Source: a virus
Taxonomy: Duplodnaviria; Caudoviricetes
Length of the DNA: 64,000 bases
IMG/VR virus record: IMGVR_UViG_3300021295_000003
Location: 32,001-96,000 of that record
Direction: 5' to 3' (one strand)
Shown here: positions 37,661 through 45,252 of the stretch, one piece after another
Position numbering within the stretch: the first letter of the stretch is position 1
How the letters are laid out: every line of letters starts with the position of its first letter
Program-made: the position numbers and the translations under genes
The notes under the pieces: generated by a model
The model's database searches: none
What the model was told of the DNA's origin: nothing
What the model saw: only the letters and a program-made list of their open reading frames with translations

Positions 37661-38090
37661 TTCTACGATTTTTTTAAGCTTCGTTCATTTCTACGTTGAA
37701 ATCGTGGTTCATTTCTACGGTTCATTTCTACACGATTTGTTTGTTCATTTCCAGCGTTCATTTCTGGTTCATTTTTGGCGTTCATTTCCAGTTCATTTCC
37801 ACAAACCGTTTCATTTTTAAAAGAGAGTTCATTTCTGAACCCTATGTTCATTTCCACCCTTCTTGTTCATTTCCACAGAGTTCAGAGAAAAGAACGTATA
37901 GTTCATTTCCATTCACCTTTGCAGAGTCGATTTCATTTCCATCAATGACTTCATTTCTATGTTGAATTAAAACATAGAGAACAGTCATAAAGTATAGTTC
38001 ATTTCCAATTGTGTCTTGAAGAGCAGTATAATACTGCTCGTCATTTGTAATCCATAACCAAGTTTCATTTGTGTCCCAATTCATTTCTAC
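37655..38090. repeat. About 19 direct copies of GTTCATTTC (GAAATGAAC on minus strand)
   Basis: 13 perfect copies (37655, 37683, 37707, 37720, 37743, 37756, 37780, 37791, 37827, 37846, 37865, 37901, 37997) plus variants. Confidence 0.92.
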
Positions 38091-38093
38091 CAT
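37848..38093 (-). CDS. Hypothetical protein overlapping the repeat array
   Basis: GGAGG RBS; NETWLWITNDEQYY looks like a real phage protein. Confidence 0.6.
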   Translation of the reverse strand: MVEMNWDTNETWLWITNDEQYYTALQDTIGNELYFMTVLYVLIQHRNEVIDGNEIDSAKVNGNELYVLFSELCGNEQEGWK

Positions 38094-38824
38094 TCTATAA
38101 ATCCTCCTTTGATAATATCATCACATTCTTTGCAGCGAACATTACCGTCATCATCTACATAAGTCCGTTTGTAAATCTCATCTTTGCCAATGTAATCTCC
38201 TGTGGAGTCGGTGGCGTCATCTGATCCGTAGATTGTGTAATCATTTAATCCACATTCACATTGACAGAAACGGTCAGATTGTCCAAGCAAGAAGTATTCA
38301 ATGTCTTTCAATTTGAATAGTTGAGGGTAGGTGTAGCCGCTGCGAACGTCACACCCATTATGTACTTCAAGGAGTACATAATCGTCCCCATTGTAACTGA
38401 AACAAATGTATAATAATGTTTGTGACAGATATTCCTCATAGTTGTAAGTATTGGTATACTCTAATCGAATAGCCCAACTTTCTTCTATCCAATCAGTTGA
38501 TTTTAACCAGTCTGAAACCTCGTAAATCTCATAGGGTTCAAATCCATTGTCTTTAAACTCTTTGAAGAGAGCTTTTTCAAGTTCAATGGTTTCCTCATCT
38601 TTTTCAAGATTATATTTGAGAAAATCAAATACAGGGATAGTAATTTCCAAGGTTCTCTCTTCGCATTTTTCGTCAGTCCATTCATCTACTGGGTTTAATC
38701 CTTTAAGATAACCTTCGGTTTGGTTTCTTTCGTAGATATAACCGTATACTCCTCCGCTATCACATAAGTGATGTGCGATAGGTTCTTTCAATAATTTGTC
38801 AATAATAGTTTCAATTTCGCTCAT
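38087..38824 (-). CDS. Hypothetical protein with Cys/His motifs
   Basis: HLCDSGG, VHNGCDVRSGYT, CQCEC and CKEC motifs. Confidence 0.7.
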   Translation of the reverse strand: MSEIETIIDKLLKEPIAHHLCDSGGVYGYIYERNQTEGYLKGLNPVDEWTDEKCEERTLEITIPVFDFLKYNLEKDEETIELEKALFKEFKDNGFEPYEIYEVSDWLKSTDWIEESWAIRLEYTNTYNYEEYLSQTLLYICFSYNGDDYVLLEVHNGCDVRSGYTYPQLFKLKDIEYFLLGQSDRFCQCECGLNDYTIYGSDDATDSTGDYIGKDEIYKRTYVDDDGNVRCKECDDIIKGGFIEW

Positions 38825-39081
38825 TTTATCACCGTAATATATACTCCTGATACGTAAAATTCTTCGTTTGGTATTGCAGTTCTTACAACTTGTTTGAGTC
38901 TTGCAGGGCTAATTTCTTTGAATAAATAATCTAATTCGTCTTCGCAGCCCAAAGGGATAAGTTCGTACTTATCTAATCGTAATCGAATAGTACGTTCAGT
39001 ATCCCAAGGACGGTCTAATACTACTTCAAATTCAATCAAGTTAATCACTCCTTTACACCTACCCAATTGATTTCTTCCCAT
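38821..39081 (-). CDS. Hypothetical protein
   Basis: Packed operon ORF; start probably after AGGAGTG. Confidence 0.5.
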   Translation of the reverse strand: MGRNQLGRCKGVINLIEFEVVLDRPWDTERTIRLRLDKYELIPLGCEDELDYLFKEISPARLKQVVRTAIPNEEFYVSGVYITVIK

Positions 39082-39980
39082 TTAGAAGAATTAGGGATAG
39101 TTTTTTTACTATCTAATAATTCTGACAACTTTAAATCTTCAATGATTTTAGTAGCAGTCTTTAAAACATTGCTACCTTTCCCTTTCAGTAATTTAGTCCT
39201 TTTTTCATCAGAATACTTGCGAGTCCACCCTCTAATATAAGCAGGAGCTTCGTCATCTTTAATACCAAGATAACAACTAACAAGGTAAGAAACCGCTTCC
39301 GCTTCAAGTTCCTTGGTCGCAGAAGTTAATTCGTGACGATTTTCGTCAAAATGTAATAAGTAATGAGCTAATTCGTGGAAATAAACACAAATCTGCTTTG
39401 GAGTAGAAATATGTTTGCTGATCCATATTTCGTTTCCATCGGTGTATCCACGTGTAATCTCTTTGTTTGAGAGATTTACTTTTACATTGTTTCTTGAAGT
39501 GATTTCGTCAAGTTTGTAGTCGATAGCAGCGTTTGTGAAATCAACTTCAAAAGGGTCACCTTCGGTTTGGCTTAAATCGAAGACTGGAACGGATTTGAAC
39601 CTTAACACAGTCTTCTTCACTTCTTCGCCGTCTTCGTTCTCTTCGGTTATAGTTACAGTATAAGGGGCGAGGATACGTAATGCTTTTTCGCCTTTTTTAA
39701 CGTTTCGGCGAATTTTAGTTCCGTCTTCAAGTTCGATTTTGCCCCATTTGCTGTAAGGGGCGAGGAGTTCAGCGGTTTCCCCTGTCCTTTGGTATAATTG
39801 CCAACTTGCAAGGTAAATATTCCTTAATGAATATTGATGGAAACCTTGCCTGGAAGCGAGTTGGATTTTAATAATGTTTTCTAAATCTTCTGGTTTGGTT
39901 AATATTGTATCAACCAATTCTTTTTGGATTTTACGGAGTTCTGCTCCGTTTGTAGAGTATTCTAAACCTTTTTTTACCAT
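39045..39980 (-). CDS. ArdC-like ssDNA-binding domain fused to zincin metallopeptidase-like domain
   Basis: YSLRNIYL, W...RRNVKKGEKALRILAP, VFDLSQTEG (ArdC-N); FHELAH...ELEAEAVSYLV...YIRGW (HExxH). Confidence 0.85.
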   Translation of the reverse strand: MVKKGLEYSTNGAELRKIQKELVDTILTKPEDLENIIKIQLASRQGFHQYSLRNIYLASWQLYQRTGETAELLAPYSKWGKIELEDGTKIRRNVKKGEKALRILAPYTVTITEENEDGEEVKKTVLRFKSVPVFDLSQTEGDPFEVDFTNAAIDYKLDEITSRNNVKVNLSNKEITRGYTDGNEIWISKHISTPKQICVYFHELAHYLLHFDENRHELTSATKELEAEAVSYLVSCYLGIKDDEAPAYIRGWTRKYSDEKRTKLLKGKGSNVLKTATKIIEDLKLSELLDSKKTIPNSSKWEEINWVGVKE

Positions 39981-40306
39981 TGTAATCTCTCCATTTCAAC
40001 TTTGTAACATTTGAAATTATGTATCTCTGGAATGCTTGGGCATTCAGATAAAAGTTCAACAAATTCTTCATCTGCTTTGAAGCATTGTTTTAGAAAGTCA
40101 TAAGCTTCTGCTTCGGCAGATTGTGCGGGATAAGGATTTTTTGGAATAGTTAGTTGTCTTTCTTTTGTGTTTGGGTTGATATATTGGATTTGTTCAGAGC
40201 TTTCAAAGAAATCAAAATCCAATATTCCCCTGATCTGTACATTTGGTAAAAACAAATGTTGCACGTAGAATACAACTAACTGATTTCCATTCATACCAAA
40301 TTCCAT
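39974..40306 (-). CDS. Hypothetical protein
   Basis: 110-aa packed ORF. Confidence 0.6.
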   Translation of the reverse strand: MEFGMNGNQLVVFYVQHLFLPNVQIRGILDFDFFESSEQIQYINPNTKERQLTIPKNPYPAQSAEAEAYDFLKQCFKADEEFVELLSECPSIPEIHNFKCYKVEMERLQW

Positions 40307-40315
40307 TGTGAAGAC

Positions 40316-40657
40316 CTACTCGATATATCCGGCAAAGTAGACTCCGTGTTGGAAATCTTTGGCAAAGCAAACAAACCATTGATGAATGATTTTAGGTAAA
40401 AAATCATATGTAGGTTCGTAAATGCCTAAATATTCGTCCCAAGAATAACGTTTGCCGTTGTCTTCGTTGATAAATTCAGTACGAATTTCAATTCTCCTTT
40501 TTGAAGAGTTTAAGGTTATGTAAGTACAATCAACTTCGTGGTAACCTTTTAATTCTTCAATTTCACCTATTTGATAGTAGATTTCTTGTGCTATTGCTTT
40601 TGCATTGTAATAAGCACTATCCAAATCTTGTCTATCTTTGAATATTGTTAATGTCAT
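40316..40657 (-). CDS. Hypothetical protein, first gene of leftward early operon
   Basis: GAGGTGA RBS before ATG 40657 (MTLTIF). Confidence 0.65.
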   Translation of the reverse strand: MTLTIFKDRQDLDSAYYNAKAIAQEIYYQIGEIEELKGYHEVDCTYITLNSSKRRIEIRTEFINEDNGKRYSWDEYLGIYEPTYDFLPKIIHQWFVCFAKDFQHGVYFAGYIE

Positions 40658-40748
40658 TTTATTTTTCACCTCTCGGAATATAATTGGCACAAGTGTTGAA
40701 TTTTTGTGGTGATTTTCAACTACTTGTTGTATAAAAGTTAGATTTTTA

Positions 40749-40767
40749 TAGTATATAAAGGTTTTGG
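40749..40767 (-). promoter_or_regulatory. Archaeal BRE-TATA promoter
   Basis: CCAAAACCTTTATATACTA about 95 bp upstream of the first gene. Confidence 0.6.
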
Positions 40768-41068
40768 CAGTAATGGGTATCCACCAAATTAACTAAAATA
40801 TAATAAAAAACATAACCTACTAACAGAGAGTATAAACATTCAAAGAGGGAACATTAAGTTCTTTAAGAAAGTCATAAACATAGTAGATAGCACATTTTAA
40901 TTTTTCATAACTTTTTAGACCTCGGAAAACGAATTTTTTTAATCTCTAAAAACGCAACCTACGTCCTCCAAGAATGTTATACTCTTTTATTTACTTAAAT
41001 GAATAATCTACTACTTTTTACAAATATAATAATATCACCACAAAAATTTTCGAGAGGTATAATAACAT

Positions 41069-41269
41069 ATGTTAGATTTATTTAAAATTGCCGGATTAAC
41101 TGGAATAGTGGTAATAATACTTTTTATAATTTTATTGCCATTAATAGCAACTATAATCGTCGGAATTGCATTTGCAAACATTTTAGGGTTCACAGGTATT
41201 ACTTGGTGGGCTTTCCTAATAGTATTCTACTTAATTGTAAGCGGAATAATAAGTTTGTTAAGCAGATAA
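41069..41269 (+). CDS. Small membrane protein
   Basis: GAGGT RBS; almost entirely hydrophobic, 2 TM segments. Confidence 0.65.
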   Translation: MLDLFKIAGLTGIVVIILFIILLPLIATIIVGIAFANILGFTGITWWAFLIVFYLIVSGIISLLSR

Positions 41270-41287
41270 ATCGGATTAGGGCAATTT

Positions 41288-42043
41288 ATGAAAAAAATTT
41301 TACTTATTATTATATTATTGTTTATGCTGCCGATTGTGGCAGCTGGAAATAATACGGCTCCTGTTGATAATCCGACTATGTTGATTGAGGATTGTGATAC
41401 GGTTGTTGCTCTTGAAGATGGTGACTCTAATATCTCTTTTACTGATGGTTACAAGGGATATTGTGCTGAATGGGGTAAGCATTCAGCAGAGAAAGGTGAT
41501 GAGTTCTACGTGCATAATGGAGTAGATAATAACATCAAAGTGTATTTTGTTTATTATTATAATGAAACTACCAAGGACAAAATTGCTACACAGCATATGA
41601 TTTGGAAGTTCACGGATAATAAAGAGTTTAGTCGCTTTAACAAGACATTATATCATCAGATAATAGATACAAGCAAGGAAATTCATTTAAATGATAATGG
41701 ACGGATTAAATATAATTCTACACATTATTTAGTATATGATTTCAAGTTATTCAAATCAAAGTTCGTCGAATATCAAGACTACATTGGCATTAAAATCTAC
41801 TTTGAGAAAATCTTGTCCGTGAATAATACCATAATAATTAACGATACATTTGATAAAAACACTACTTCAAACTTAACTTATGAGAATAATCTAACAATTA
41901 TCCAAGTAAATCAAACTTATTCTCAAAAGCAAGATAAACACTACAACTCATCTACATTAAACAGCCACAAAACAGGGAAAAACATTATATTTTTAATTTT
42001 AACATTACTCTGTTTAATAATCAATAGGAGAAAACAATTATGA
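41288..42043 (+). CDS. Secreted / surface-anchored thioester-domain (TQXA-like) protein
   Basis: Signal peptide; GYC, TQHMIWKF and YQDYI motifs; Asn/Thr-rich stalk; HKTG + TM + RRK tail. Confidence 0.7.
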   Translation: MKKILLIIILLFMLPIVAAGNNTAPVDNPTMLIEDCDTVVALEDGDSNISFTDGYKGYCAEWGKHSAEKGDEFYVHNGVDNNIKVYFVYYYNETTKDKIATQHMIWKFTDNKEFSRFNKTLYHQIIDTSKEIHLNDNGRIKYNSTHYLVYDFKLFKSKFVEYQDYIGIKIYFEKILSVNNTIIINDTFDKNTTSNLTYENNLTIIQVNQTYSQKQDKHYNSSTLNSHKTGKNIIFLILTLLCLIINRRKQL

Positions 42044-42564
42044 CAGACTCTAATACCAAAACAATCAGATATTTAAGCTTGTTTAGTGGAATTGGAGGAT
42101 TTGAATTAGGATTACAAAATTCAAAGCACAATTTTGAGTGTGTAGGATTTTCGGAGATAGATAAATACGCGGTGAGCATATATGAAAGAAACTTTCCAAA
42201 CCACATTAACCTCGGTGACGCAACAAAAATCAAAACAGAAGAATTACCCGACTTTGACCTCTTGGTTGGCGGATTCCCGTGTCAAGCATTTTCTATCGCA
42301 GGAAAGAGAAGAGGGTTTGATGACACAAGAGGAACTCTCTTTTTTGAGATTGCACGGGTTCTCAAAGACAAAAGACCCAGATATTTTCTTCTCGAAAATG
42401 TACGGGGCTTATTATCTCACAACAAAGGCGAAACTTTCCAGACAATACTTGAAGTTCTCTCCGACCTACGGTATGATGTTCAATGGGAGGTACTTAATAG
42501 TAAAGACTTCGGCGTCCCGCAGCGAAGAGAAAGGGTGTTTATTAAAGGATATTCTCGAAGATGA
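42040..42564 (+). CDS. C5-cytosine DNA methyltransferase, catalytic polypeptide (motifs I-VIII only)
   Basis: LFSGIGG, EID, GGFPCQ, ENV, QRRERVF; stops right after motif VIII. Confidence 0.92.
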   Translation: MTDSNTKTIRYLSLFSGIGGFELGLQNSKHNFECVGFSEIDKYAVSIYERNFPNHINLGDATKIKTEELPDFDLLVGGFPCQAFSIAGKRRGFDDTRGTLFFEIARVLKDKRPRYFLLENVRGLLSHNKGETFQTILEVLSDLRYDVQWEVLNSKDFGVPQRRERVFIKGYSRR

Positions 42565-42628
42565 GGTTGATGAGAAATATTATCTCTCACAAGAGATGAT
42601 GGAGAAAATTTTGGTTGATAGAAAATGA
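42320..42628 (+). CDS. Nested +1-frame methyltransferase-associated polypeptide (M.EcoHK31I beta-like)
   Basis: GAGGG then ATG 42320; YGMMFNGRYL...CLLKDILEDEVDEKYYLS; stop overlaps next ATG. Confidence 0.65.
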   Translation: MTQEELSFLRLHGFSKTKDPDIFFSKMYGAYYLTTKAKLSRQYLKFSPTYGMMFNGRYLIVKTSASRSEEKGCLLKDILEDEVDEKYYLSQEMMEKILVDRK

Positions 42629-43499
42629 GGAAAGTAAAATGCTTAAATCCCTCTAAACATCAAGCACAGAAAGTGTATAGTGTTGATGGACTTGCGTGTA
42701 CGCTCTCCGCTAATGGGGGGGGGGTCAAGGTGGAAAAACTGGATTGTATTTGGTGGAGAATATGGATAAAAAGATTATAGAGAAGAATTTTGCGGAAATA
42801 GACAAAGGGAAATATGTAACTACTGATAAAGAAAAAGAAAACTGTTACGCCGTGACAACCGCTCAAAGAAGCCGTCCAGTATACAGAAAACAAGATAATT
42901 ATGTTCTTGAAGAAACACGGAAAGTAAAATGTCTTGGGACATATAATACTCATCAAAGTGGGAATATTTATAATCCTGAGGGTATAAGCCCGTCATTGTG
43001 TGCTACGGATTATAAAGCACCTGTTAAGATAATCGAAAAAAAAGTCGAAGAAGTTATTGGTAGCACACAGAAACACGCTGCAAGAACTGATGGAACAGAA
43101 ACCCCTACATTAACCGCTTCAATGGGACAAGGAGGAGGACACGTTCCAATGCTTAAAATACGTGAAACTACTAAAAAAGGATACAAAGAAGCAAAGCCAG
43201 GTGATGGAGTATTAGTAGAACGAGCAAGTAGAAAAATAGCAAAAGGTATGGTTCAAAAGGACTCTACTGGAACTATTCGTGCTAAAAGTAACTGGGGAGC
43301 AGTAACTGGGGATTATCGTATCCGCAGACTTACTCCACGTGAATGCGAACGTCTTCAAGGATTTCCTGATGACTGGACCAAATACGGCAAAGATGGAGAA
43401 TTGATAAGCGACACCCAAAGGTATAAATGCTGCGGAAATGCAGTTACTACAACAGTAATAACTGCAATAGTGGATAAAATGTTTGATGATGTAGAATGA
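42625..43499 (+). CDS. Methyltransferase TRD array plus motifs IX-X, interrupted by an out-of-frame G10 tract
   Basis: MRKVKC...VYSVDGLACTLSANGGG / GQGGKTGLY joins with G8 or G11; ends RRLTPRECERLQGFPDDW...QRYKCCGNAV. Confidence 0.8.
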
Positions 43500-43672
43500 A
43501 ACGTGAAGTGCGTGTATGGGGGGGCATAGGTGAAAAGAAATCAAATAAAAATACTCAATGGTATTTCCAAGACCGTATCTATGATATTAATGGAATTTCT
43601 CCCTCACTTACAAGTTGGAAATCAGATTATATGATTGCAATAAAAAAGAGGAGCTCAAAAGATGAAGATTAA
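43496..43672 (+). CDS. Free-standing methyltransferase TRD-like peptide (58 aa)
   Basis: ATGA-coupled; GGIGEKKSNKNTQWYFQDRIYDINGISPSLT parallels QSGNIYNPEGISPSLC in the upstream gene. Confidence 0.7.
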   Translation: MKREVRVWGGIGEKKSNKNTQWYFQDRIYDINGISPSLTSWKSDYMIAIKKRSSKDED

Positions 43673-43850
43673 CCATTTAATAAGTATATTAAAAACATAT
43701 AATCAAGAAGCGAACATTACATTAACAACAAGTGAGGATATTACCGTGTCTTATATCTGTGAAGACCCTAAAACAAAGAGAGAATTAACTCCACAGACAA
43801 CCAGGCAAGTATTCATAGAACCAAAAGATTATGAGGGAGAATATGACTAA
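43662..43850 (+). CDS. Hypothetical protein
   Basis: GAGGAG RBS, MKINHLISILKTYN phage-type start. Confidence 0.6.
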   Translation: MKINHLISILKTYNQEANITLTTSEDITVSYICEDPKTKRELTPQTTRQVFIEPKDYEGEYD

Positions 43851-43995
43851 AAAAATAGTTGATTTGAAGATAAATATAGACGGGCTGATCCTTGCTAATG
43901 AAAGTGTTGAAGATTTTATTCAGCGTATCGGATCAGGTGTTGATAGTAATTATGATATTCAGTATGAAGTGTTATATGAAGAAGTGATAGACTGA
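43843..43995 (+). CDS. Small hypothetical protein (50 aa)
   Basis: GAGGGAG RBS, overlapping start; carries two CTGATCC motifs in opposite orientation. Confidence 0.5.
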   Translation: MTKKIVDLKINIDGLILANESVEDFIQRIGSGVDSNYDIQYEVLYEEVID

Positions 43996-44391
43996 TTGAT
44001 ATTATTTACTCAAAATAATAATATTATATTAATTATAAAGTATTATATGGTGAAATTTAATAATTTTACCTTTGGTAGGAAAATGGTGTGAAGGGTAAAT
44101 CTTCTTCTGTTGTTTTATTATCAATATAAACTCCATAATTTATCGAAAACAAGATTTATCCTTCTCTTTTGAAACTTCTGTATTCATTAAAAAAACCTAT
44201 TTAACTGGATACTTGGGGGAGATGAATTATAATAGTAATTCCTACGTTTAATGGCGTTTCATAAGCTCTGTTTCATTATATCACTTATCCTTTCCCCCAG
44301 TATTCGCTTTTGCTTATCACCTTTGATAAGACTTGATATATCCTTTGAGTGTGGAGAAAAATGCAGTTATTCATTTATTATCTCCAAATAT

Positions 44392-44427
44392 GTCGCTTCC
44401 TTTGATGGTGGGAAGCGACTTTTTTTT
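44392..44427 (+). terminator. Hairpin plus T-run
   Basis: GTCGCTTCC...GGAAGCGAC followed by T8. Confidence 0.6.
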
Positions 44428-44439
44428 ATAACTTATTTT

Positions 44440-44454
44440 GAAAACCTTTATATA
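44440..44454 (+). promoter_or_regulatory. BRE-TATA promoter, probably leaderless transcript
   Basis: GAAAACCTTTATATA about 24 bp before ATG 44478. Confidence 0.6.
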
Positions 44455-44477
44455 TTATAATATTCATATTATTATTT

Positions 44478-44615
44478 ATGTCAGAACAAAAGACATTACA
44501 AATACGAAAGAATACTTATGAGCGATTACAGCTACATAAGAACAAATTCGATACGTATAACATAGTGCTTACCCGTTTATTAGATAAATGGGAGGCGTTC
44601 TACAATGTCTTCTAA
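44478..44615 (+). CDS. Small ribbon-helix-helix-like regulator
   Basis: MSEQKTLQIRKNTYERL...DTYNIVLTRLLD pattern; too short for the ORF track. Confidence 0.6.
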   Translation: MSEQKTLQIRKNTYERLQLHKNKFDTYNIVLTRLLDKWEAFYNVF

Positions 44616-45012
44616 TCCTTATATGGGAGTTCCGATTTCAGAGGAAACTCATCAACGTTTAACCAAATTAAAAGGTGAAAATGACACTTTTGATGATGTT
44701 GTGAATAAACTCCTGGAATTGGAAGAAACATATAATATGCCGGAGGAAACAATGGAATACGAGTATATCTTGCCGAATGGTAAGACAAAAGTGTTCCGTG
44801 TGGTCTTTGGTGATAAAACCAAGATTGAGTATTACAATCGGAGGAAATATGACTTTGAAAAGGATATTCGTGCTTGGTTTACTGGGGAGAGGATTTCTGA
44901 CTCTGAAATAAACTCTTTCATTAGGTTTATTGTTAAGGACAGTAATTTGATGTTGTTATATGATATGGACGAAGAACTGGTCTTGAATGATATTCATATT
45001 AGAAGGGTTTAG
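44605..45012 (+). CDS. RHH-like DNA-binding protein with extra C-terminal domain
   Basis: VPISEETHQRLTKLKGENDTFDDVVNKLLE. Confidence 0.65.
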   Translation: MSSNPYMGVPISEETHQRLTKLKGENDTFDDVVNKLLELEETYNMPEETMEYEYILPNGKTKVFRVVFGDKTKIEYYNRRKYDFEKDIRAWFTGERISDSEINSFIRFIVKDSNLMLLYDMDEELVLNDIHIRRV

Positions 45013-45252
45013 GTAACTATTATATAGATAGTGGTTACATATGATTATACTGTGAGATTAACAGAATAGTTTTGGAAAAGGTTTGATTTTTACTCTTTTT
45101 TCAAGGTAGTAAAATGTTCTTAAAAAAACTACCTTTATAAATATGAAAGAGTAGATTTCTACTAATTTTTCAAGATTATTACTGCCCAAATGCTCTCTTG
45201 GAAATAATCAAACAATACTCAAAAAGGATATAATTAAATTGGAGGTAAAAAA

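Noticed and set aside
37663-37857. 64-aa ORF with EMN repeats
   Set aside because: Made almost entirely of the nonamer repeat read in mixed frames; probably a by-product.
42040-43499. Methyltransferase as a simple pseudogene
   Set aside because: All catalytic motifs are intact and the pieces are joined by ATGA overlaps; only the G10 tract breaks a frame. Not fully excluded without reads.
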